Positions 28,150-36,591 of a stretch of 64,000 nucleotides of DNA are shown piece by piece. The stretch is from assembly GCA_963799625.1 (NCBI GenBank), contig CAWCXU010000013.1:475709-539708 (forward strand), in the 5' to 3' direction. The notes beneath the pieces are model-generated. The model worked only from the letters and a program-made list of their open reading frames with translations. It searched no databases and was not told where the DNA came from. The translations under genes were made by a program, and so were the position numbers. Every line of letters starts with the position of its first letter. Within the stretch, counting starts at the first letter, position 1. This stretch comes from an uncultured Actinomycetes bacterium. GTDB lineage: Bacteria > Actinomycetota > UBA4738 > HRBIN12.

Positions 28150-29627
28150 GCAGCCTCCTCCTCGATCGGCAGGTCCAGGACCAGGGCGGTCCCGCCGCCG
28201 GCGGTCTCCTCCACCCAGATCCGGCCGCCGTGCGCGGTCACGACGGCCCGCGCGATCGACAGTCCGAGCCCGCTGCCGGGCCGTTCGGGCTCCTCGCGGC
28301 CACGATAGAAGGGTTCGAACACCTTCTCGCGTTGCGCGAGAGGGATGCCCGGGCCTTCGTCGGCGACCCGCACGCGCACGGACGCGCCCTCGCGCGACAG
28401 GTGGATCCGGACGGTCCCGTTCGGCGGCGAGTGGCGCGCGGCGTTCTCCACGAGGTTGGTGAGCACCTGATCGAGCTGCATCGGGTCGGCCGCGATCTCC
28501 GGGAGCTCGTCGGGCACCTGCAGCTCCACCCGCACGCGCTCGAGCTGGGGCCGCATCCGCGCCACCACCGCGCCGGCGACCTCCTCGACGTCGGTCGGCA
28601 CGCGACGCGGGATCAACGCGCCGGCGCGGATCCGGGCGAGATCCAGGATGTTGCCCACCAGCCGGTTCAGGCGATCGGTCTCCTCGAGGATCGTCGTGAG
28701 GAGCTCGCGCTGCTGCGTCGCGTCGTGCACGGTCGAGGCGTCGAGCAGGCTCGTGACGCCGGCCTTGATGGACGCGAGCGGCGTGCGCAGGTCGTGTGTG
28801 ACCGAGGAGAACATCGCCGCGCGCAGCTGGTTGGTCTCGGCGTCGAGCTGGGCGAGCCGCGCGCGCGCGTCGAGGCGGGCACGGTCCAGCGCCACCGCCG
28901 CCTGGCGCGTCGCCGCCTCCAGGAGCTCGCGCTCGCGCCGCGTGAACGAACGCGCGCGCGCGGGCCGCTCGGTCGTCAGCGTCCCCAAGGGGACCGTCGC
29001 GATCACGACCGGCACGATCTCGGTCGGGCCGCCCAGCTCGGCGCCCTCGCGCCGCGCGATCGCGCTCATCTCCTGCCCGTCGAGCACCACTTGGACGCTG
29101 CAGATCGCCAGCCCGAACGGATCCAGCAACAGCGCGACGAACTCGTCGAGCACCCGATCGGGGACGTCGCCGGACAAGAGCTTGCTCGACAGGAGCGCGA
29201 GCAACCGGGCCTCGCGCTCGCGCTCGGTGGCCCGGCGCCGCTCCGCCGCGGCGTTCCCGACCACCAGACCCACCACAGCGGCGATCGCGAGGAACACCAC
29301 CGAGGCGATCACGTCGCGGAGTTGCTCGAACTGGAACCCGTTCGCGGGCTGCTCGATCCACGGCAGGGCCACCGATGACAGCAGCGCCGTCACGATCCCC
29401 GCCCAGATGCCGCCGCTGACCGCCGCGATCGTGACGGCGAGCATGAAGATCGCGACCCCCGCCCCGGGCCCGAGATCCCTGGTCAGGGCCACCAAAACGG
29501 CGCCGCACAGGGCCGCGCCGACCCCGATCGCGAGGGCGCGCGCCGAGATCTGGTCCACCCGCGGTTCCCTGCGATCCATCGCCACGACGGACACGCTACC
29601 GCCTCTATCTGCGCGATCCGGGCGCAT
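28146..29627 (-). CDS. KdpD-type sensor kinase lacking the N-terminal KdpD/Usp domains (DUF4118-like 4-TM + GAF + HisKA + HATPase_c), HK1
   Basis: Four TM helices then ...SSVTHDLRTPLASIKAG (H-box), N-box NLVENAARHSP, and DEGPGIP, GSGLGLSIARAVVTAHGG. Confidence 0.85.
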   Translation of the reverse strand: MRPDRADRGGSVSVVAMDRREPRVDQISARALAIGVGAALCGAVLVALTRDLGPGAGVAIFMLAVTIAAVSGGIWAGIVTALLSSVALPWIEQPANGFQFEQLRDVIASVVFLAIAAVVGLVVGNAAAERRRATEREREARLLALLSSKLLSGDVPDRVLDEFVALLLDPFGLAICSVQVVLDGQEMSAIARREGAELGGPTEIVPVVIATVPLGTLTTERPARARSFTRRERELLEAATRQAAVALDRARLDARARLAQLDAETNQLRAAMFSSVTHDLRTPLASIKAGVTSLLDASTVHDATQQRELLTTILEETDRLNRLVGNILDLARIRAGALIPRRVPTDVEEVAGAVVARMRPQLERVRVELQVPDELPEIAADPMQLDQVLTNLVENAARHSPPNGTVRIHLSREGASVRVRVADEGPGIPLAQREKVFEPFYRGREEPERPGSGLGLSIARAVVTAHGGRIWVEETAGGGTALVLDLPIEEEAA

Positions 29628-29654
29628 CCGGGGCGGGCCGGAGGGGAGAGGTCG

Positions 29655-29703
29655 TTCACGTTTTCTTCACGCGCCCTCGGGCATCCTTCACGCCCCGCTC
29701 ACG
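29655..29703. promoter_or_regulatory. Phased hexamer direct repeats TTCACG (x3) + CTCACG at 29655, 29666, 29687, 29698 (spacings 11/21/11 bp). Candidate OmpR/KdpE-type response-regulator box in the HK1/trkA divergent intergenic region.
   Basis: Read directly: cgTTCACGttttcTTCACGcgccctcgggcatccTTCACGccccgCTCACGct. The helical-turn phasing is typical of winged-helix RR tandem sites. Lies 28-76 bp upstream of the HK1 ORF start. Confidence 0.35.
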
Positions 29704-29917
29704 CTCATGCGACGACGCTTAGCGGCGGAAAGAGGGTCTCGTTGACCCCGGTGTCGGACCGTCACCCCCGGCACCGGTCGATGCGAGACGGAACACGAAC
29801 GAACCCACTTTCCTCCGAGCCCGTCTGCGGGGCCGGCAGCTCCCTCCAGCTGTCGGCCCGCAGGCATATCTGGGGCCGATCACGCCAAGGTCACGAGGCG
29901 GCGCACGCTGTCAGGCG

Positions 29918-30604
29918 GTGCACACGCGGGTACGCTTCCCGGCCATGCGGGTCCTGATCATGGGATGCGGTCGGGTCGGTTCCGAGCTCTCCCACGCGCT
30001 CGGCGACGCCGGTCACGAGGTCACGGTGATCGACAAACGCGCCGAGGCGTTCGATCGCTATCCCCCCGGCGAGCACGCGCGCACGATCGTCGGTCTCGGG
30101 TTCGACCGCGACGTGCTCGAGGAGGCCGGGATCCGCGAGGCCGATGCGTTCATCGCGGTCTCGAGCGGCGACAACTCCAACATCGTGTCGGCGCGCGTCG
30201 CGCTCGAGCACTACCACGTGCCCAAGGTGATCGCGCGGATCTTCGACCCGCGGCGCGCCGAGATCTACGAGCGGCTCAACATCCCGACGGTCGCGACGAC
30301 CACGTGGGGCGTGAAGCAGTTCCAGCTGATGCTGCTGCACACCGGCAAGGAGGTGCGCGAGAGCCTCGGCGGCGGCGAACTCCTGCGGGTGCGCGTCCCG
30401 GTGCCGAGCCACCTGGTCGGCAAGCCGGTGTCGACGTTGAACGTCGACGGGCACATCCTCGTCGCCGGCGTGTCGCGCGGCGGCAAGGGGTTCATCCCGT
30501 CGATCGACAGCACGCTGCAGGAGGGCGACTTCCTGATCGTCACGATGGGCAAGGACTACATGGACGAACTCGACACATTGCTCGAGCCGACGGAGCACCG
30601 CTGA
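29918..30604 (+). CDS. trkA: TrkA/CeoB-like K+ uptake regulatory protein (RCK/KTN NAD-binding N domain + TrkA_C)
   Basis: MRVLIMGCGRVGSELSHAL (GxGxxG Rossmann) ...C-terminal TrkA_C (LLRVRVPVPSHLVGKPVSTLNVDGHILVAGVSRGG). Stop overlaps the next trkA start (TGATG). Confidence 0.85.
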   Translation: MHTRVRFPAMRVLIMGCGRVGSELSHALGDAGHEVTVIDKRAEAFDRYPPGEHARTIVGLGFDRDVLEEAGIREADAFIAVSSGDNSNIVSARVALEHYHVPKVIARIFDPRRAEIYERLNIPTVATTTWGVKQFQLMLLHTGKEVRESLGGGELLRVRVPVPSHLVGKPVSTLNVDGHILVAGVSRGGKGFIPSIDSTLQEGDFLIVTMGKDYMDELDTLLEPTEHR

Positions 30605-31269
30605 TGCGGGTCGTGGTGACCGGGGGCGGCGCGATCGGACGCCACGTCGCAGGCGACCTCAGCACGCGCGGCCACGACGTCACGCTGATCGAGCAGGACA
30701 AGCAGACCGTCGAGGACCTCCGCGAGGAGATCCCCGAGGTGACGATCATGCTCGGCGACGCGTGCGAGCCGTGGGTGCTCGACGACGCGGAGCTCGCCCG
30801 CGCCGACGTGGTGGTCGCCGCTACCGGCGATGACGAGGACAACCTGGTCACGTCGCTGCTCGCCAAGCAGGAGTTCGCCGTGCCGAGGGTGCTCGCGCGC
30901 GTCAACCACCCGAAGAACGAGTGGCTCTTCACCGATCAGTGGGGTGTCGACACCGCCGTCTCGCCGCCCCACATGCTGACGTCGATGGTGGAGGAGGCCG
31001 TCACGACGGGCGACCTGGTGCAGCTCCTGCGGCTCGAGGGCGGCCAGATCTCGATCGTCGAGATGAAGCTCGCCGCCGACTCGCCGGCCGTCGGCAGGCC
31101 GATCTACGAGCTCCGCCTGCCCAACGACGCCGCGATCGTCGCGATCGTGCGCGACGCGCACGTCGTGATCCCGCAGCCCGAGACCGTGCTCGGCGGCGGC
31201 GACGAGCTGGTGGCGCTCGCCGCGATCGGGACCGAGCAGGCGCTTCGGGCCGCGATCGTCGGCGACTGA
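30604..31269 (+). CDS. trkA: Second TrkA/CeoC-like K+ uptake regulatory protein
   Basis: MRVVVTGGGAIGRHVAGDL...TrkA_C (ISIVEMKLAADSPAVGRPIYELRLPNDAAIVAIVRD). Confidence 0.85.
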   Translation: MRVVVTGGGAIGRHVAGDLSTRGHDVTLIEQDKQTVEDLREEIPEVTIMLGDACEPWVLDDAELARADVVVAATGDDEDNLVTSLLAKQEFAVPRVLARVNHPKNEWLFTDQWGVDTAVSPPHMLTSMVEEAVTTGDLVQLLRLEGGQISIVEMKLAADSPAVGRPIYELRLPNDAAIVAIVRDAHVVIPQPETVLGGGDELVALAAIGTEQALRAAIVGD

Positions 31270-31282
31270 GGCGGTCCGCCGC

Positions 31283-31975
31283 TCAGCCGCTCGGCTCGAC
31301 CTGCCAGCGATACCCGATCCGTGACTCGGTCACGATCGCGCGTGGGTGCCGCGGGTCGGGTTCGATCTTGCGCCGGAGCTGACTGACGAAGACCCGGAGC
31401 GCCTCGACGTCGGGGGCGCCGTCGGCGTCCCACACCTCGGCCAGCAGCCAGTCGTGCGTGCGGAGCACGCCCGGCGCGGTGGCGAGCGCCTCCAGCAGGC
31501 GCCACTCGGTCGGCGTCAGGTGGACCTGGTCCTCGCCGCGCCGCACGGATCGCGCGCCCAGGTCGATCCGGATGTCGTCGACCTCGAACCGGGTGCCGCT
31601 CGGCTCGGGCGCCGCCCGCCGCAGGAGCGCCCGTACCCGGGCCAGGAGCTCGGCAGCGCCGAACGGCTTCGTCAGGTAGTCGTCGGCGCCGAGGTCGAGC
31701 GCGGCGACCTTGTCCTGCTCGGCGTCGCGCACCGACAGCACGAGGATCGGCACCGAGCTGAACCGCCGGATCTCCCGGCAGGCGGTGAGCCCGTCGACGT
31801 GCGGCAGGTTGAGATCGAGCACGACCAGGTCGGGCTCGCGGTCGCGGACCGCGCCGACCGCGGCGCGCCCGTCGGTCGCCGTCGCGACGCGGAAGTCGCG
31901 GGCGAGCAGCGTCCGCTCCACCGCGCGGAGGATCTGGGGCTCGTCGTCGACGACGAGGATCAACGGGTCGCTCAT
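31283..31975 (-). CDS. OmpR/KdpE-family response regulator (RR2)
   Basis: MSDPLILVVDDEPQILRAV...LVVLDLNLPHVDG...winged helix LTPTEWRLLEAL...IGYRW. ATG overlaps the HK2 stop (ATGA). Confidence 0.85.
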   Translation of the reverse strand: MSDPLILVVDDEPQILRAVERTLLARDFRVATATDGRAAVGAVRDREPDLVVLDLNLPHVDGLTACREIRRFSSVPILVLSVRDAEQDKVAALDLGADDYLTKPFGAAELLARVRALLRRAAPEPSGTRFEVDDIRIDLGARSVRRGEDQVHLTPTEWRLLEALATAPGVLRTHDWLLAEVWDADGAPDVEALRVFVSQLRRKIEPDPRHPRAIVTESRIGYRWQVEPSG

Positions 31976-33360
31976 GCCGCCGGGAGCCGGAACCCCATCG
32001 TCGTTCCCCCGCCCGGGGTGTCGGTCGCCCAGATCTCGCCGCCCATCGCGGTGACGAAGCCCTTGCAGATCGCGAGACCGAGCCCGGCACTCAGGCGCGG
32101 CGACCCTTCCTGCAGCTTGTAGAACGGTGTGAAGAGCAGCTGCTGGTCGCCGAACGCGAGGCCGGGCCCGTGGTCGACCACCTGCACGACGACCACGCCG
32201 TCCGCCCGCTCCGCGGCGAGCTCGATCCGCCGGTCGGCGGCGCCCCGCACGGCGCGCGCCGCGTTCTCCACGAGGTTGGTGACGACCCGCTCCACGAACA
32301 GCTCGTCGCCCCGGACGCGGACGGCGTCGTCGGCGACCCGCACGTCGATCTCGACGCCCGGCCAGCGCTCGCGCACGCCGTCGACCGCCGGACCGACGAG
32401 ATCGTCCAGATCGACGAGGTCGGCGTGGGCCACGAGCGTGCCCGACTCGATCCGGGACATGTCGAGCAGGTTCGTGATCAGCTGCGCGAGCCGCCCGGCC
32501 GACGCGCGAACGTCCTCGAGCACGACCCGGGCGCTCTCGGGGTCGAACGTCTCGCGGTCGAGGATGTCGGTGACCGACGCGGTGATGGCGGCGATCGGGC
32601 TCTTCAGCTCGTGCGAGGCGGCCGCCAGCAACGATCGCCGCATGTCCTCGGTCCGCTTGTACAGCTCGGCCTCGCGGAGCTCCTGCTCCAGCCGCTCGGC
32701 CTGCACCACCAGCGCGACCTCGTCGGCGAACGTGCGGACGACACGGGTCTCGGCGGCCGTCAACGCCGGGCGATCCCCGACGAAGACCAACGAACCGACC
32801 CGCGCCGGGCCGACCCGCAGCGGGAACGCGGTCGCCGAGGAGGCGGCCGGATCGTCCTCGTCGCGGACCGAGGCCAGGACGAACCCGAGGCGTTCGGCCG
32901 CGCGACCGAGCGCCGGGGTAAGGCCCTCCGCCCGCTCGGACACCAGCACGTGGCTCAGATCGAACAGCAGCCGGACCTCCGCCTCGCGGTCCTCGGCCGC
33001 GGTCGCGCGCTCGTGCGCGACGCCCACCAGCCACGAGATCAACAGCGACATCGCGATGAACGCGAAGAACGCGACGACGTACTCGGTCCGCTCGAGGTCG
33101 AAGGTGCCGTAGGGGGGGAGGAACCCGACGTTGTACAGCGCCGACCCGACGATCGCGGCGACGATGCCGGGGACCACCCCACCGAGCCACGACGCCACCA
33201 CCACCGGCACGAGGAACGCGAACGCCGTCAGGGTGTGCGACAGCTGCACCCGGAAGGGCTCCATCACGGCGGCGATCGCGAGGGGGCCGAGCGTGGCGAC
33301 GAGGTAGGCGGCGCCGAGCAGCCACGAGGGCCTGCGGACGCCCAGCACACGCGTCGACAC
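31972..33360 (-). CDS. KdpD-type transmitter-only sensor kinase HK2 (4-TM + GAF + HisKA + HATPase_c)
   Basis: TM block ...NVGFLPPYGTFDLERTEYVVAFFAFIAMSLLIS (DUF4118-like FLPPY motif), H-box AAASHELKSPIAAITAS, HATPase motifs. GTG start at 33360 preferred. An alternative ATG at 33465 would overlap the divergent permease gene. Confidence 0.8.
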   Translation of the reverse strand: MSTRVLGVRRPSWLLGAAYLVATLGPLAIAAVMEPFRVQLSHTLTAFAFLVPVVVASWLGGVVPGIVAAIVGSALYNVGFLPPYGTFDLERTEYVVAFFAFIAMSLLISWLVGVAHERATAAEDREAEVRLLFDLSHVLVSERAEGLTPALGRAAERLGFVLASVRDEDDPAASSATAFPLRVGPARVGSLVFVGDRPALTAAETRVVRTFADEVALVVQAERLEQELREAELYKRTEDMRRSLLAAASHELKSPIAAITASVTDILDRETFDPESARVVLEDVRASAGRLAQLITNLLDMSRIESGTLVAHADLVDLDDLVGPAVDGVRERWPGVEIDVRVADDAVRVRGDELFVERVVTNLVENAARAVRGAADRRIELAAERADGVVVVQVVDHGPGLAFGDQQLLFTPFYKLQEGSPRLSAGLGLAICKGFVTAMGGEIWATDTPGGGTTMGFRLPAA

Positions 33361-33398
33361 GGCCGCGGTCCGATCCACGCTCGCAACGATAGTCGCCC

Positions 33399-33418
33399 TT
33401 ACGGAACCCTTATCCCGC
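33399..33418. promoter_or_regulatory. 20-mer TTACGGAACCCTTATCCCGC: two half-sites (TTACGG / TTATCC) 11 bp apart, in the HK2 / kimA-like-2 divergent intergenic region. 17/20 identical to a motif upstream of kdpF.
   Basis: Direct sequence comparison with 38151..38170 (TTACGGATCCCGTATGCCGC). Confidence 0.35.
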
Positions 33419-33437
33419 GCTTCTAGCGTGGACCGTG

Positions 33438-35891
33438 ATGCAGACCGACGACGCACCTCCCGCAACGTCCGCGGCGCCCGAGGCCGCGAGCCCTCCCTCC
33501 CGGCCGGCCGCGCGCCCGCCCTTGCCCCGGAGCTCGAGCTACGGGGTCAAGCGGGCGTTCCTCGGACCGGCGCTCCCGACCGCTCACCTGGTGCACGAGC
33601 GGCTCGGCAAGATCGCCGCGCTCGCGATCTTCAGCTCGGACGCGCTCTCCTCGGTCGCCTACGCCACCGAGGAGATGCTGAAGACCCTGGTGATCGCCGG
33701 GGTCGGCGTGCTCGCGTTCTCGCTGATCGTGCCGTTGTCGGGGGCGATCGTGGCCGTCCTCGCGATCCTCGTCTTCAGCTATCGGCAGACGATCAAGGCC
33801 TACCCGTCGGCGGGCGGCGCCTACATCGTCACGAAGGACAACTTCGGACTGATCCCAGCCCAGGTGGCCGGCGTCGCGCTGCTGACGGATTACGTGCTGA
33901 CCGTCGCGGTGTCGGTGTCCGCCGGCGTCGCGGCGATCATCGCGCTCGTGCCGGTGACCGCGCCGTTCCGCGTCGAGATGGCCGTCGCGTCGATCGCCCT
34001 GATCGCCTACGGCAACCTCCGGGGCGTCCGGGAGTCCGGGAAGATCTTCGCGGCGCCGACCTACGTGTTCATCGGGTGCATCATGTCGCTGCTCATCGTC
34101 GGGGTCGTGCGCGCGGCGACCGGGTCGCTCGCCGTGCCGCCGCCGGTCACGACAGGCGGCGCGCTGTCGGCCTTCGCGCTCGTCCCCGCGTTCGTCGCGT
34201 TGCACGCGCTGGCATCGGGCAGCACGGCGATGACGGGCGTGGAGGCGATCTCGAACGGCGTGCCGGCCTTCAAGCCCGTCGAATGGAAGCACGCGAGGCA
34301 GACGCTCGTCGCGCTCGGGCTGCTTCTGGCCACGATGTTCATGGGGATCTCGTGGCTCGCCGCGAAGCTCCAGGTCGCGCCGGACTTCACCGGGCGCTCG
34401 ACGGTGGTCGCCGACATCGGCAAGGCGGTCTACGGCACGAGCCCGCTCGGGCACGCCGCCTTCGCCCTGCTGCAGATCGCGACGGCGCTGATCCTCGTGC
34501 TCGCGGCCAACACGGCCTACGCCGACTTCCCACGTCTGGCGAACTTCCACGCCGGGGACGACTTCTTGCCGCGGCAGTTCACGACGCGCGGGCACCGGCT
34601 CGTGTTCTCGAACGGGATCTTGGCGCTGTCGGCGGCCGCGATGCTGCTGGTCGTCCTGTTCCGCGCCGACGTGACGCGGCTGATCCCGTTCTACGCGATC
34701 GGGGTGTTCACCTCGTTCACGCTGTCGCAGGCGGGGATGGCCAAGCGGCACCTCAGGCTTCGCGAGGAAGGGTGGCGGGTCGGCCTCGCGATCAACGGGG
34801 TCGGCGCCGTCGCGACGGGGGTCGTGCTCGCGATCGTGGCCCGGACGAAGTTCGCCGAGGGCGCCTGGGTGATCTTGATCCTCGTGCCGGTGATGGTTGT
34901 CCTGCTGGTGCGGATGAACCACCAGTACGAGCGCGAGAAGAGGGAGCTCGAACGGGACCTGAAGGCGTTCACGCCGCCGACCAGCCGGCCCCCGATCACG
35001 ATCTTGCTCGTCGAGGACCTCGACCCCAAGACCGTGCACGCGTTGCAGTACGCCCGGACGATCCGCTCCGAGCGGACGATCGCCGTGCACGTCGAGGAGG
35101 ACCGCGCGCGCACGCAGGCGCTCGAGGCCGCGTGGCAGACCGCCGGACTCGACGCGATCCCGCTGCGGATCGTGCGCGGCCGCGGCGACGAGGCGGCGCG
35201 CCTCGCCGGCTTCCTCGCGGCCTACGAGCGTGAGGACCGGGACGCGATCGTGATCGTGCCCGTCCCTCACGAACGGACGTTGCGCGAGCACGTCGCCGAC
35301 CGGCGCGCAGGCGCGCGGCTGCACCGCGCGCTCCTGTCCTACGGTCATGTGCGGGTCACCATGGTCCGCGACCACCCCGACGGCGTGCACCCCTTGCAGC
35401 GTGACGAGGACGGGCGACCGGTCGTGCGCCTCACCGCCCGGCAGACGCACGACGTCGTCGTGTTGGTCGACAAGCTCGACCGAGCGACGCTGCAGGCCGT
35501 CGCGTACGCGCTCGGGCTCGGCACGCGGTCGGTCCGCGCGGTCCACGCCGCCGTCGACCCCGATCGGGCAACCCGCCTCGCGGAGCGGTGGTCGGAGCTG
35601 CGTGCACCCGTCCCTCTCGACGTGATCGAGTGCTGGGACCGGGACGTGCCCCGCGCGGTCGAGCGCTACGTCGTCGGCATGGCGTCGGAGGGCACCGAGG
35701 TGACGGTCGTCATGCCCCGGCGCGACTACCCGCGCCTGCGCCAGCGGCTCCTGCACGACCGCACGAGCCGGAAGATCGAGCGGGCGCTCGGGCGCTACGC
35801 GCACATCGACGTCGCGGACATCCCGTACTACGTCCGGGGCGTGCCCGAGCCGATCGACGCGCGGGCCGAGGACGTCCTCGAGCCCGTCTGA
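33438..35891 (+). CDS. KimA-family K+ transporter homologue 2 (818 aa) with extended C-terminal cytoplasmic domain
   Basis: Same signature blocks as the paralogue (SSDALSSVAYATEEML, SYRQTIKAYPSAGGAYIVTKDNFG, MTGVEAISNGVPAFKP, LAANTAYADFPRLA, GVFTSFTLSQAGM) plus C-terminal ITILLVEDLDPKTVHALQYARTIRSERTIAVHVEED. Stop abuts the stop of the convergent kdpE-like gene. Confidence 0.75.
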   Translation: MQTDDAPPATSAAPEAASPPSRPAARPPLPRSSSYGVKRAFLGPALPTAHLVHERLGKIAALAIFSSDALSSVAYATEEMLKTLVIAGVGVLAFSLIVPLSGAIVAVLAILVFSYRQTIKAYPSAGGAYIVTKDNFGLIPAQVAGVALLTDYVLTVAVSVSAGVAAIIALVPVTAPFRVEMAVASIALIAYGNLRGVRESGKIFAAPTYVFIGCIMSLLIVGVVRAATGSLAVPPPVTTGGALSAFALVPAFVALHALASGSTAMTGVEAISNGVPAFKPVEWKHARQTLVALGLLLATMFMGISWLAAKLQVAPDFTGRSTVVADIGKAVYGTSPLGHAAFALLQIATALILVLAANTAYADFPRLANFHAGDDFLPRQFTTRGHRLVFSNGILALSAAAMLLVVLFRADVTRLIPFYAIGVFTSFTLSQAGMAKRHLRLREEGWRVGLAINGVGAVATGVVLAIVARTKFAEGAWVILILVPVMVVLLVRMNHQYEREKRELERDLKAFTPPTSRPPITILLVEDLDPKTVHALQYARTIRSERTIAVHVEEDRARTQALEAAWQTAGLDAIPLRIVRGRGDEAARLAGFLAAYEREDRDAIVIVPVPHERTLREHVADRRAGARLHRALLSYGHVRVTMVRDHPDGVHPLQRDEDGRPVVRLTARQTHDVVVLVDKLDRATLQAVAYALGLGTRSVRAVHAAVDPDRATRLAERWSELRAPVPLDVIECWDRDVPRAVERYVVGMASEGTEVTVVMPRRDYPRLRQRLLHDRTSRKIERALGRYAHIDVADIPYYVRGVPEPIDARAEDVLEPV

Positions 35892-36591
35892 TCACGCGTC
35901 GCCGGCCGGATCCTCGCTCCAGCGGTACCCGATCCCCGGCTCGGTGACGATCGCCCGCGGGCGCCGCGGATCGGGCTCGATCTTGCGCCGGAGCTGGCTG
36001 ACGAACACGCGAAGCACCTCGACGTCCTCGCCGTACGGGTCCCCCCAAACGCGTTCGAGCAGCCACCGGTGGGTGAGCAGCTTCCCGGGGTGGGCCGTGA
36101 GCGCCTCCAGCAGCGCCCACTCCGTCTTGGTGAGATGCACGTCGCCGTCACCCCGCGTGACGCGGTGCGCCTGCATGTCGATCGACACGCCGTCGAGCCG
36201 GTACCGCGCCGTCCCGTCGGCGGGGGCCCCCTCGCCCCGGCGCAGCAGCGCGCGGACGCGCGCGAGCAGCTCCCCCGTGCCGAACGGCTTCGTCAGGTAG
36301 TCGTCGGCCCCGAGGTCCAGCGCGGCGATCTTGTCGGGCTCCTCGTCGCGCACCGACAGCACGATGATCGGCACGCTGCTCCACGCGCGGATCCGCCGGC
36401 AGAACTCGAGCCCGTCGAGCACCGGCATGTTGAGATCGAGGACCACGAGATCAGGTGGCGACGCCGCCGCGAGGTCGAGTGCCAACAGCGCCGTCGGGGG
36501 CGAGCTCGACCGCATAGTCTCGCGCGACGAGCGATCGTTCGATCGCCTCGCGGATCTGCGGCTCGTCGTCGACCACGAGGATCTTCGTCAC
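35892..36591 (-). pseudogene. kdpE: KdpE-like OmpR-family response regulator (RR3) with a frameshift near 36503. Possible pseudogene or assembly indel.
   Basis: N-terminus VTKILVVDDEPQIREAIERSLVARDYAVELAPDG in one frame. The remainder (ALLALDLAAASPPDLVVLDLNMP...winged helix...GIGYRW) is in the frame of ORF 35892..36515(-). A 2-nt loss in a gcgc context fits. GTG start overlaps the kdpD3 stop (GTGA). Confidence 0.7.

Noticed and set aside
29742-29957. 71-aa ORF in the HK1/trkA intergenic region
   Set aside because: Arg-rich, no RBS, sits in the promoter region that contains the TTCACG repeats. Judged spurious.
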